Assembly (NCBI GenBank): GCA_964352425.1 | Contig: CAYGRZ010000004.1 | Span: 2,647-66,646 of the forward strand | Reading direction: 5' to 3' | Source: an uncultured Planctomycetia bacterium | GTDB lineage: Bacteria > Omnitrophota > Gorgyraeia > 2-01-FULL-45-10 | Length of the DNA stretch: 64,000 nucleotides | Shown: piece after piece, positions 1 through 8,699 of the stretch | Numbering within the stretch: the stretch's first letter is position 1 | Layout: each line of letters begins with the position of its first letter | The notes under the pieces: model-generated | Database searches by the model: none | What the model saw: the letters and a program-made list of their open reading frames with translations, nothing else | Told to the model about the DNA's origin: nothing | Program-made: the position numbers and the translations under genes

Positions 1-424
1 CGGTGAAGAATTCGCCTCCCCAAACGCATCCGTCCCAGCCGGCCCCCGTCCCGTCGAACGCCACGCCGATCACGTCGGTCTTTATGCCGTTGTCGACGAT
101 CGCGCTCGCGACGTGCGCCTCATGATGCTGGACATCGCAGAGCTCTATGATGAAGCGCTCGAGCCCGTACATCTCGGCAAAGCGCGTTGAGTGGTACGAG
201 GGGTGATGGTCGCACGCAATCAGCTTCGGCCGGATGCCGGTCAGCCGTCCGCTCCGCCGAACGGCATCCTCGTATCTGGCAAGGTTGGCGAGGTCACTCA
301 GGTCGCCGAAGCCTTCGAACAGGAATGCCTTATCGGCCTTCGCGATCGCGAAAGCCCCCTTCAGGTCAGCGCCGGTGGCCAGGATCGGTTTTTTCAGCCT
401 GAACGGCAGATGGATGGTCTTCAC
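1..424 (-). CDS. HypF C-terminal (Kae1-like) domain protein, partial (runs off the left edge); not in the ORF track
   Basis: I translated the minus strand from GTG at 424: VKTIHLPFRLKKPILATGADLKGAFAIA...GDL...IACDHHPSYHSTRFA...VQHHEAHVASAIVDNG...VIGVAFDGTGAGWDGCVWGGEFF. This matches the HypF motifs G.xLK, D.HP.Y.ST, QHHHAH and DG.G.G.DG..WGGE. Confidence 0.85.
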   Translation of the reverse strand, partial: MKTIHLPFRLKKPILATGADLKGAFAIAKADKAFLFEGFGDLSDLANLARYEDAVRRSGRLTGIRPKLIACDHHPSYHSTRFAEMYGLERFIIELCDVQHHEAHVASAIVDNGIKTDVIGVAFDGTGAGWDGCVWGGEFFT

Positions 425-432
425 AGGGTAAT

Positions 433-441
433 ATTATATCA
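433..441 (-). promoter_or_regulatory. Extended -10 promoter element TGATATAAT upstream of the HypF-like gene
   Basis: The + strand reads attatatca at 433-441, i.e. TGnTATAAT on the minus strand, 8 nt before the GTG start. Confidence 0.5.
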
Positions 442-505
442 AATGGGCGCGCTTTGGGGGAGATTTTTCGGCAGCTACAAGAGCGGCGGTGACTTTTGGG
501 CACTC

Positions 506-539
506 GCCTCCGCCTGCCTGCCGGCAGGAAGGCGGAGGC
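506..539. repeat. REP-like palindrome gcctccgcct-g-cctgccggcagg-a-aggcggaggc
   Basis: A 34-bp palindrome with a single mismatch in the intergenic region; imperfect flanking arms extend it to about 481-562. Confidence 0.8.
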
Positions 540-587
540 ACCTTCCGAAAGTAAACGCCCTCAGGTGAAGCAGAAAAATTTTCCTAT

Positions 588-1607
588 CTATTTCTGGAGA
601 TTTGCGGAGACGATGCGGGCGGTCTCGAGGACCTTCGTCGCGCGGTCTTCGTCGAGCGTGCCGACGCCGCAGCTCGGCGTGACGATCGACGATATGCCGT
701 CTCCGGGGATACCCTTATCGGTGAGGACGTTAAGCTCTGCCTTAAGCTTCTCGGCGAGCGCCTTGCCGGATTCCCTGTCGATAGCGTCCGAGCTCGGGAC
801 GATACCCCAGGCTATCGTAGAGCCCCTGGCCAGGAACGCCCTGATATCGGCGCTGTAGAGGAGGAACTCCTTTGAGAAGCCGTAGGCGTCGAAGTTCACT
901 ATGTCGAGGTTTCGCTTCAGGAGAAGCGACCAGTCGGTGTTGCCGCAGCAATGCAGGCCGGCCAGCGCCCCCTCTTCCTTGATCGCCGCTATGAGCTCGT
1001 CGAGCTTCGCGACCGCCTCCTGGAGATTGATATTCACGTAACTCGAGCCTATCGAGACCAGATATGGCTCATCGATGAATATGATTACCGCGCCAAACGC
1101 CTTCTTCAGCTTCCTGATCTGCCAGCGCGCGCGCATGCAGAGCATTTTGGTGAGGATCTCGAACAGGTCTTTATCGTATATGATCGAGCGCTTGTTCTCG
1201 TCGGTAACGGTCAGCGCGTAGCTTATCGGGCCCGTCACGTGACCCTTGACGTACTTGATGTCCCTGGGGGCGGTCTTGAGCTGCTCGAGGAACTCATAGA
1301 AACCTTCGGCAAAGCGCTCCGATATCCTGAAGAACTCGACGTTGCCGTCGAGGTAGTTCTTATAGACCTCCTCCGCGGTCTCGGCGACGCCTGCGGTCTC
1401 GAGATGTATGGTCTTATTACCCTCGTCGATGACGATCCCGGGAAGGTGCTCGGAGAACTGCGCGTACATGTTCTCGAGGAACGACCTGCGGGGAAGCTGG
1501 GGCCAGAACGGGATGGTCCTGAAATTATCGAAGACGACGCGGCATGCGGATTTCGCGTCCTTGAACGGGACGCTCCCGATGCCGGTGGCGTCGAAATTGA
1601 ACTTCAT
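588..1607 (-). CDS. Cobalamin-independent methionine synthase (MetE catalytic-domain-only)-like protein
   Basis: 339 aa with TGIGSVP, FWPQLP, KGHVTGP, FIDEP, the Zn-ligand motif GLHCCG, WGIVP and a C-terminal TPSCG. Confidence 0.75.
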   Translation of the reverse strand: MKFNFDATGIGSVPFKDAKSACRVVFDNFRTIPFWPQLPRRSFLENMYAQFSEHLPGIVIDEGNKTIHLETAGVAETAEEVYKNYLDGNVEFFRISERFAEGFYEFLEQLKTAPRDIKYVKGHVTGPISYALTVTDENKRSIIYDKDLFEILTKMLCMRARWQIRKLKKAFGAVIIFIDEPYLVSIGSSYVNINLQEAVAKLDELIAAIKEEGALAGLHCCGNTDWSLLLKRNLDIVNFDAYGFSKEFLLYSADIRAFLARGSTIAWGIVPSSDAIDRESGKALAEKLKAELNVLTDKGIPGDGISSIVTPSCGVGTLDEDRATKVLETARIVSANLQK

Positions 1608-1630
1608 ACAATTCCCATGATTGATTGCAG

Positions 1631-1694
1631 ATGATTACACAGATTAAAATAGATTACACAGATTTCATTGGATAGCTTTAATCTGTGTAATCAT
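1631..1694. repeat. 18-bp perfect inverted repeat with an internal direct repeat
   Basis: atgattacacagattaaa (1631-1648) pairs with tttaatctgtgtaatcat (1677-1694). An extra copy of gattacacagatt lies at 1652-1664. Confidence 0.85.
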
Positions 1695-1703
1695 TTCTAA
1701 ATT

Positions 1704-2666
1704 TTAACTTTTATTCCACTCGCTCAGGCGCTTTATCCTCTTGAGCATGTTCGGGTGGGTGCTCAAGAGCTCCAGGAGCCTGTCGCCGGTGCCGAGCTTC
1801 ACCGCGCGGCCCTGCAGCGCGGCGAGCTCGCCCTCCGAGATGGTGCCGCTCTTGTCGAGGTCGAGGTCGCGCAGGGATTTAAGTTCTTTCATCGCCCTCG
1901 AAGGGTCGTTGGCGAAGAACGCCTTCATCCCCTCGACATCCTTGATCGCGTCTTTCGGCATCCGCGCCGAGCCGTAGACGAGCTTATAGAGCGCCGAGGC
2001 CAGCCACGCCGGCTGGTTGCCGAGGTCCATCGAGCCCTTGTCGGCGAAATATTCCCTCACGCGAGAGCCATAGAGGACGAGCAGGTTCGTGATAAAGTAA
2101 AAAACGAGCGCGACCAGCCCGACGAGGGCGGTATTGCCCGAGTTCCTGTCGCGCCTGTTCCCGTAGAAGAGGAACTGCCAGGCAATCCTGTAGAGTATGA
2201 CCGGTATGACGGAAAGGAGAGTTATTGTGAGGACGTCCCTGTTCTTGATGTGGCTCATCTCGTGGCCGAGTACGGCCCTCAGCTCCTGCTGGTTCAGCAG
2301 GTTCATGACGCCCTCGGTTACGCATATCCTGCCGTCCTTTATCGAGCGGCCGAACGCGAACGCGTTCGGGATCGAGACCTGCGCGATGCCTATGCGCGGC
2401 ATCGGAATATTGGCTGCCGTGGCGAGGTTGCGCACCATCGCCTGCAGCTCCGGGTGTTCGCCCGGCTTCAGGTACCGCACGCGCATCGACCACTCGACGA
2501 TCGTCGGGCCGAGCATATACTGGACAAGCATCATCACCAGCGACACGACCAGGTAGAAATTGAAGTTCCTGACGCCGAGGGAGTAGCTTATCATCGATAC
2601 AACGGCGTAGATTATCGCAAAGAGCAGAGCCGTCAGGAGCCACATACGGAGTCGTAATCCTATCAT
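1704..2666 (-). CDS. htpX: Zinc metalloprotease HtpX (M48)
   Basis: Two N-terminal TMs, PNAFAFG, EL.AVLGHEMSH (HExxH), SRVREYFAD and a C-terminal STHP..LKRI. Confidence 0.92.
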   Translation of the reverse strand: MIGLRLRMWLLTALLFAIIYAVVSMISYSLGVRNFNFYLVVSLVMMLVQYMLGPTIVEWSMRVRYLKPGEHPELQAMVRNLATAANIPMPRIGIAQVSIPNAFAFGRSIKDGRICVTEGVMNLLNQQELRAVLGHEMSHIKNRDVLTITLLSVIPVILYRIAWQFLFYGNRRDRNSGNTALVGLVALVFYFITNLLVLYGSRVREYFADKGSMDLGNQPAWLASALYKLVYGSARMPKDAIKDVEGMKAFFANDPSRAMKELKSLRDLDLDKSGTISEGELAALQGRAVKLGTGDRLLELLSTHPNMLKRIKRLSEWNKS

Positions 2667-2681
2667 CGCATCACCTCTATG

Positions 2682-3911
2682 TTATGCCTGTATGAACACT
2701 TCCCGTGCCGCCAGGGACGCCGCGCCGAGCACGATCGCGTTCTCCCCCAGCAGGCTCGGGGTCATCTTCACGACGCTCATCGTCTCTTCGAACCCGTACT
2801 TCCTCACCGCTGCCCTGAGCGGGTCCATGAATATATCCCCCGCCTTCTCGACGCCGCCGCCGATGACGACCACATCCGGGTTGAAGAAGTTGACCAGGTA
2901 CGCCAGCTTTACGCCCAGCGTCCTGGCAGCACCGGCGACGAGCTCGATCGCCACCTTGTCGCCCTTCTTCGCCGCGGCGATGACCGTCTCCTTGGTTATC
3001 GCCTTTACATCGCCCTGGGCCAGCCCCAGGATCTCGGTCGATATGCCTTTTTCGATGGCCTTCCGCGTCTCGGAGACGATGCCGAGATCGACGCCCCACG
3101 GCCTCAGGTGCGTGAACTCTTTCGGGTAGTTCTTCTCATCGCGCTGGAGGCCCTCGAACAATATCTGTAATTCGCCCGCGCATCCGCTCGAGCCTATGTA
3201 GACGTCGCCGTGGACGACGAGCCCGCTCCCCACGTCCGAATACATGTAGAGCATGTTCTCGACATCCGCGCCCGGGTTCAAGGTCTTCTCGCCGAATGCG
3301 GCGCAGGAGGCGTCGTTACCGATATAGGCAGGCATATTGAACTTGTCCTCGAGCGTCTTGACGACCTTCAGGAAGCCGACCTTCGTCCTCCCGCGCACCG
3401 GATCGGTGTCGTGCATGGTGCCGGACGAGTAATCGACGATGCCGGAGAGGCCGATACCGATGCACTGTATCTGGCTGCGGTCGATCTTGCTCTTGGCTAT
3501 GACGTCGTCAATGATCGTGATCACGGACGGGACAAGCTCCTCCATATTCACGTGCGGCCTGACCATCCTGGCCAGGCTTATCGCCTTTATCTTCAGGTCG
3601 GCGATGATGGCGATGATATTGTCCGGCCCGATGTCGACGCCGACGATGTAAGCGCTCCTGGCGTTCAGCTCCAGCAGCTCCGCCCTCCTTCCTCCGGTCG
3701 ATACGTCGAGGCCGACTTCGAGGACCATCCTCTTATCGATATAATAGTCGAGGTAGTTGGTGATCGTGACGATATTATAGCCGAGGATCCTCGATATCTC
3801 CGCTTTCGAGATCGGGCTCTTCTTCCTGATCAACTCAAGGATGGCAAGGTTCTTTCGCTCCCTGTCATGCAGGATATGGTACGTGAACATGCCGTCCGAT
3901 TTTAAAGCCAT
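2682..3911 (-). CDS. ROK family transcriptional regulator
   Basis: N-terminal HTH (PISKAEISR...STGGRR), VGVDIG, IGNDASCAA.GE, G..G.AGE and FNPDVVVIGGG. Confidence 0.9.
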   Translation of the reverse strand: MALKSDGMFTYHILHDRERKNLAILELIRKKSPISKAEISRILGYNIVTITNYLDYYIDKRMVLEVGLDVSTGGRRAELLELNARSAYIVGVDIGPDNIIAIIADLKIKAISLARMVRPHVNMEELVPSVITIIDDVIAKSKIDRSQIQCIGIGLSGIVDYSSGTMHDTDPVRGRTKVGFLKVVKTLEDKFNMPAYIGNDASCAAFGEKTLNPGADVENMLYMYSDVGSGLVVHGDVYIGSSGCAGELQILFEGLQRDEKNYPKEFTHLRPWGVDLGIVSETRKAIEKGISTEILGLAQGDVKAITKETVIAAAKKGDKVAIELVAGAARTLGVKLAYLVNFFNPDVVVIGGGVEKAGDIFMDPLRAAVRKYGFEETMSVVKMTPSLLGENAIVLGAASLAAREVFIQA

Positions 3912-4711
3912 CGCATCTTCCTCGCTTTGGAAAGGTATATATCTTTCAGGAATATTGTGGCGCCGGCGCTGTTGCCGACGGTAAGGTTGCCGAACTCGAA
4001 TTTTACCGCGATGATGCTCGACAGGTCGACCGCCTTCCTGACCGGTATGAAATTTATCTTGTAGAGCTGCCAGTCCCTCGACAGCGTCGTCGAGGCGTCA
4101 TGCTCCATCCTGTACGAGCGCTTGTCGATATCGACGATCACAAGCCCAAGCAGCTCGCCGCCGGAATTGCCCCGCGCGACGAACTTCAGGTCGAGCTTGC
4201 CCAGGTCAACCGGCTCTTTCAGCTCTATCGCGTAATTCGCCCAGCCGCTGCCTTTGGCGTTCGAGAGCACGATATGCTCGTCGGTCGTGCTGCTGCCGGT
4301 CAGGGCGTCGCCCATGAACGACGTGCTCTTCACAATATCGCCGTTGGTGGACGTGCCCTTCAGCAGGAAGACGCCCTTATCCTTCAGGTTCTCGAAGTTT
4401 ATCCTGCCGCCCTCGACCGTCACCGACGGTATCTCACCCAGTATCCTGACCCTGACATCGACCTGGCTCTTCGTGAACATCGCTGTGACGGCGACCGCGA
4501 TCGAGAACGCGGCGATGAGCCACGGAAGCATCTTCAGGGTGAACATGCCCCTCAAGATCTCTTTTTTGGTCTTCTTCCGCGGAGCCGTCTTAAGGTAGGT
4601 GTTCGCTATCTCGTCGCGCAGCGACGCCTGCAGGTTCCTCTCTCGAAGAGGTTTTTCCGGGGCCTTCGCGTCGCACCCCGCGTCTTTTTTCTCAGCCATA
4701 GTGACCGCCAT
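3902..4711 (-). CDS. Single-TM membrane protein with a C-terminal CBM11/galactose-binding-like domain
   Basis: Basic N-terminus, then a TM (LPWLIAAFSIAVAVTAMF), then a beta-sandwich pattern: PVDL.K..L.F.ARG..GGE, WQ.Y.I.F, VDLS.I..V.F.F, G.T.FL.DI. Confidence 0.65.
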   Translation of the reverse strand: MAVTMAEKKDAGCDAKAPEKPLRERNLQASLRDEIANTYLKTAPRKKTKKEILRGMFTLKMLPWLIAAFSIAVAVTAMFTKSQVDVRVRILGEIPSVTVEGGRINFENLKDKGVFLLKGTSTNGDIVKSTSFMGDALTGSSTTDEHIVLSNAKGSGWANYAIELKEPVDLGKLDLKFVARGNSGGELLGLVIVDIDKRSYRMEHDASTTLSRDWQLYKINFIPVRKAVDLSSIIAVKFEFGNLTVGNSAGATIFLKDIYLSKARKMRWL

Positions 4712-4716
4712 CTCTT

Positions 4717-5598
4717 TTAGCCCTTCATGCCGGTGAGCTTGATGCCTTCGACAAAGAACCTCTGGTTAAACAGGAATATGATGATGACCGGGACCATGGT
4801 GACGAGCGACCCCGCCATGAGGAGCCCCCAGTCGGGCTGCGCGTACTGGTACAGCTCCTGGAAGTACGCCAGGCCGACCGGCAGCGTCCTCTTCTCTATC
4901 GAATTCGTCACGAGGAGCGGCCACATGAAGCTGACCCAGTTGCCGAGCGATACAAAGATCGTCAGTGTCGCGAGCGCCGTCTTCGAAAGCGGCAGTATCA
5001 CCTTCGTAAAGATGCCGAACAGCGTGCACCCGTCTATCGTGGCGGCGTCCTCGAGGTCGCGCGGTATCGTCATGAAGAACTGCCGTAAGAGGAACGTCCC
5101 GTAGGCGGAGAATATCGCCGGTATGATCAGCGCCTTGTACGTATCGATCCAGCCGAACGTCCTCATCAGCGCGAATACGGGTATCATCGTCACAGAGCCG
5201 GGTATCATCATCGTCGCGAGATACGCGAAGAATATCTTGTCCCTGCCGGGGAACTTAAGCCGCGCGAACGCGTACGCCGCGAGCGCGCTCGTCGCGACCT
5301 GGCCGAACGTGACGCACGTAACGACGAAGAGGCTGTTCAGGTAGAACCGCGCGAACGGCACGACCTTCCAGACATCTATGTAGTTCTTCCAGTACATGCT
5401 CTTCGGTATCCACTGGATGTCGGCGAGGTTGAATATGAATACGGACGAATAAGACTTCAGCGACGTCGAGAGCATCCACAGGAACGGGATCACCATCGTG
5501 GCGCCGCCGACGATCAGGAAGAGGTAGACCGCCGCCTTCTTCAGGAATCCGGCGAGCGTCTTATCCATCCCTACCTGTATCAGGTCATCCTGCTGCAT
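4717..5598 (-). CDS. Carbohydrate ABC transporter permease (MalG-like)
   Basis: PF.WM.STSLK, AAYAFARL.FPG, the EAA loop IPRDLEDAATIDG, and WPL. Confidence 0.93.
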   Translation of the reverse strand: MQQDDLIQVGMDKTLAGFLKKAAVYLFLIVGGATMVIPFLWMLSTSLKSYSSVFIFNLADIQWIPKSMYWKNYIDVWKVVPFARFYLNSLFVVTCVTFGQVATSALAAYAFARLKFPGRDKIFFAYLATMMIPGSVTMIPVFALMRTFGWIDTYKALIIPAIFSAYGTFLLRQFFMTIPRDLEDAATIDGCTLFGIFTKVILPLSKTALATLTIFVSLGNWVSFMWPLLVTNSIEKRTLPVGLAYFQELYQYAQPDWGLLMAGSLVTMVPVIIIFLFNQRFFVEGIKLTGMKG

Positions 5599-5611
5599 CC
5601 GCCCCGCCCCC

Positions 5612-6556
5612 TTAATAATGCGAATACTGGACTAACTTTCCGCCGAACCGCCAGTTGAACAGCGTGATGATAAAGACGACAATGAAGACGAACCACGCGA
5701 TCGAGGCCGCATAGCCGACGTGCTGCCAGCTGTACAGGTGGTTGTAGATCAGGTACTCGAGCGTCGTCGTCGAGCGGTCCGGGCCGCCGCCCGTCATGAT
5801 ATACGCCTGCATGAACCCTCCCTGGAAGCCGCCGATCACCGCCATGACGAATACGAAGAACGTGGTCGGGCTTATCATCGGCCAGGTGATGTTCCAGAAC
5901 TTGTGCCACGCGCCTGCCCCGTCCATCTCCGCGGCCTCGTAGAGCTCCCGCGGCACGCCCTGCAGCGCCGCCATAAACAGGATCATGTTATAGCCGCCGA
6001 CCATGATCCACAATCCCATCAGCATCAGCGACGGCTTGGCCCACGCCGTCGAGGTCAGCCACGGCACCTGCGCGAGCGGCAGCGAGAGAAATGTACCGAT
6101 CCTGACGATGATATTGTTCATCAGGCCGAAATCGTAGTTGTATATCCACGCCCAGAGGAGGCATATCGCGACACCGTTCGTGATCGTCGGCAGGAAAAAG
6201 ACGGCCCTGAAGAAGTTGATGAGTCTCACCTTCTGGTTCATCACCAGCGCAAGCGCAAGCGACGCCATGATCTCGACCGGTATGATGAGCATCAGGAAGA
6301 GCGTATTGGAGACGCATTTCCAGAATAGCGGATCGTTGGATACGACACACCCTGCCTCCCTGTGGAAGCCCAGCAGGCTGACGAAATTATGGAAGCCGAC
6401 GAACTTCGGCGCGGAGAGCATGTCCCAGCTCACGAAGCTTAAGACAAGCGAAAGCGCGACCGGCACCAGCGTGAAGACGAGGAACCCCAGAAAATTCGGC
6501 ATCACGAAGAGATACCCGGCAACAGCCTCCCTGTCGGCGCTCCTTATCCGTGCCAA
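5612..6556 (-). CDS. Carbohydrate ABC transporter permease (MalF/UgpA-like)
   Basis: FR..FFLP, the EAA loop LYEAAEMDGA, TGGGP and GYAASIA. Confidence 0.93.
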   Translation of the reverse strand: MARIRSADREAVAGYLFVMPNFLGFLVFTLVPVALSLVLSFVSWDMLSAPKFVGFHNFVSLLGFHREAGCVVSNDPLFWKCVSNTLFLMLIIPVEIMASLALALVMNQKVRLINFFRAVFFLPTITNGVAICLLWAWIYNYDFGLMNNIIVRIGTFLSLPLAQVPWLTSTAWAKPSLMLMGLWIMVGGYNMILFMAALQGVPRELYEAAEMDGAGAWHKFWNITWPMISPTTFFVFVMAVIGGFQGGFMQAYIMTGGGPDRSTTTLEYLIYNHLYSWQHVGYAASIAWFVFIVVFIITLFNWRFGGKLVQYSHY

Positions 6557-6617
6557 AACTGTCTCCTTTTAGAATGTCTGTAATATCAGGGCAAAAAACA
6601 ATTACGGCCGCTTCATT

Positions 6618-6629
6618 GTGAATATACCA
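6618..6629 (-). promoter_or_regulatory. TGGTATATTCAC motif (extended -10-like), copy 1
   Basis: An identical 12-mer occurs at 35143-35154. This copy sits inside an attgtg...cacaat inverted repeat (6615-6633). Confidence 0.45.
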
Positions 6630-6632
6630 CAA

Positions 6633-8699
6633 TCAGTCGAAAAAGTCCTCTACTTTTAACAATTCTTCTGCCGTTTTTGCTATCGGGTCGTTGTGGAAGC
6701 GCTTCCGTATCGCGCCGTTATTGAGGTAGTTATTGAGCGCTACGAAGCTCATCGCCTGGTCGAGACAGAGGTACTTGACCGCCACCTTGCCGGTCTCGGG
6801 GTCGATCGCGTCGTAAAAACCGTATTCGCCGTAGGCATTGTACTTCTCGAGCATTGTCCGCAGGTTCCGAATGGCCTCTTTCGGGATGAACTCAAGGGCC
6901 AGGAACGTCGCATGGGGCGTGATCACGCCGCTCTTATATCCCTTCATACCGAGCGCCTTCACGCCGTATTCCGAATATCCCTCTCCCGGCACGCACGACG
7001 GCGACATGCCGAAGACCTGATAGCCGAGCTTGTCGAGCGCGTACTGCGCCTGGATCTTCGCGTGCACAAAATCGTTGGCGCCCAGACCCTTTGGAGCCAG
7101 GCCTTTCTCATCGATTATCAGCGTGGGCATCAGCGCCTCGAACATGCTGCCGCCCCAGCTCGGCACGAACTTCATGCCCTCATATTCGTAGTAGCCGCCC
7201 ATCGTCGTGCAGCCCAGATACGTCTTCTCGCGCCGGTCTTTCGGGGCCTGGGTCTGCCAGTACCAGTCTTCGGGGAACGTCCTGGCCAGGGAGAACCAGT
7301 GCTGTGTGGGCACATCGCCCTTGCCGATCGCGATGTAGCTTACGGCCCGGGGCTCGGTGTAGAACGCGCCGTAGCGGTACTCGGCGTAATAATCGATGTT
7401 CGTGTAGAACCCGTGGTACATGTACTCTTCGACCGGGTCATAGAAGAACGAGAAGTTCATGCTGTCGATGATGGTCTGGCACGCGGGCGCAAGTTCATCC
7501 GGGAACGCGTTCTTGGCAACGATGAGGCCGGCAACGAGCCACCCCGAGTCGACGAACGAGATGAAGTTCGACGTCCTCTGGAAGATGGTGATGTCGTAGT
7601 AATTGTACGGGAAGTTGTTGAACTTTTCGAGCTTCTGTATCGAATCGAGCGTGAGCTTAAGCCGTCGCACCGCCTCTTCCTTTGTGATAAATCCGAAGTC
7701 GCAGCCGGAGACGATGCACATCATGTAGACGCCGACATTCGTGATATTCGTGTAATCGCCGACCTTCGTATCCGCCGATATGGCCGCCTTCTCGCTGAAC
7801 TGGATATTGTCGAGCGGCAGGCCGTACTGCCTATCGACGATCTGGTCGAAATACTTCCACGTGTCCCTGGCGATCTCGAGGAGGAATTCACGGTCGCTGT
7901 TCGAGAACGTCTTCTTGACAAATACCGTGGAGGGAAAACCGCGGAGCCGCGCTATGAGGAACCTCGCGAACTCCTCGGGCGGGAGATCTTTGGGCGTCTT
8001 CTGCACCCTGTGGGGTACCGGGTCGCTGATGCTCGGGCCGGGCGCGCCGGTGCTGACGAAGCCGATGTCGTCGAAATAGAGCGTTCCCGACTTGTGGTCG
8101 GCGCGCTTTTTTTCGAACGTGATCACGAACTCCTTGATGTCGTGCCAGTCGAGGATACCGTTCATCACATTGAGCGGGATCGAGACTTTCCGCCAGTCTT
8201 TCGTTACGCCCCGCACGATGTAGTCGGCCCTGATCGTCTCATCCCGGCCCTCGGCGTCCTTCTGCGATTTCTTGAACTCGATCTTGAAGACCGTCGTGAA
8301 GCCTTTCGCCTCGTCGCCCTTCACCCAGAACTCGAAGTGGTCGTACGGTGAGGCGTCCAGGTTGCGCAGCTGCGTCCAGAAGCCGTTGGCGGCGTTCTGC
8401 GGGGAATTGACATTGTATTCGAGCTTCAGCGACGAGCCGACCGTGCCGTGCCGCTCGGTGCCGTCGAGCGATGCGGCGATCCCCTGCGCCCTGTCCTCGG
8501 GGTCTTTCTCCCACGCTCCCGACTCGCCGCCGACGTTGTTGTTGAGCGCGTTCGCGTTGAAATCGGCGACCACGATCGACGCGAGTTTCGGCTCCCCGGA
8601 CGCGCCCTTCGCGGGGTTACCCCGCGACACGTACGCGCCCAGCATCAACACCGCCGCCAGGACCGCGGCAAAGAACGTGAAACGGAATTTTTTCATCAA
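6633..8699 (-). CDS. Secreted glucoamylase-family (DUF3131/Cgs-type, beta-1,2-glucanase clan) glycoside hydrolase with an N-terminal CBM11-like domain
   Basis: Signal peptide and CBM-like domain, followed by YTNITNVG, FPYNYY, ISFVDSG, YTEPR, SWGGSMFEALMP, ITPHA, YGEYGFYDA and LDQAM. Confidence 0.8.
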   Translation of the reverse strand: MMKKFRFTFFAAVLAAVLMLGAYVSRGNPAKGASGEPKLASIVVADFNANALNNNVGGESGAWEKDPEDRAQGIAASLDGTERHGTVGSSLKLEYNVNSPQNAANGFWTQLRNLDASPYDHFEFWVKGDEAKGFTTVFKIEFKKSQKDAEGRDETIRADYIVRGVTKDWRKVSIPLNVMNGILDWHDIKEFVITFEKKRADHKSGTLYFDDIGFVSTGAPGPSISDPVPHRVQKTPKDLPPEEFARFLIARLRGFPSTVFVKKTFSNSDREFLLEIARDTWKYFDQIVDRQYGLPLDNIQFSEKAAISADTKVGDYTNITNVGVYMMCIVSGCDFGFITKEEAVRRLKLTLDSIQKLEKFNNFPYNYYDITIFQRTSNFISFVDSGWLVAGLIVAKNAFPDELAPACQTIIDSMNFSFFYDPVEEYMYHGFYTNIDYYAEYRYGAFYTEPRAVSYIAIGKGDVPTQHWFSLARTFPEDWYWQTQAPKDRREKTYLGCTTMGGYYEYEGMKFVPSWGGSMFEALMPTLIIDEKGLAPKGLGANDFVHAKIQAQYALDKLGYQVFGMSPSCVPGEGYSEYGVKALGMKGYKSGVITPHATFLALEFIPKEAIRNLRTMLEKYNAYGEYGFYDAIDPETGKVAVKYLCLDQAMSFVALNNYLNNGAIRKRFHNDPIAKTAEELLKVEDFFD

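Noticed and set aside
1631-1694. Mini CRISPR array
   Set aside because: There are only 13-bp repeats with no spacer-length unique sequences and no cas genes.
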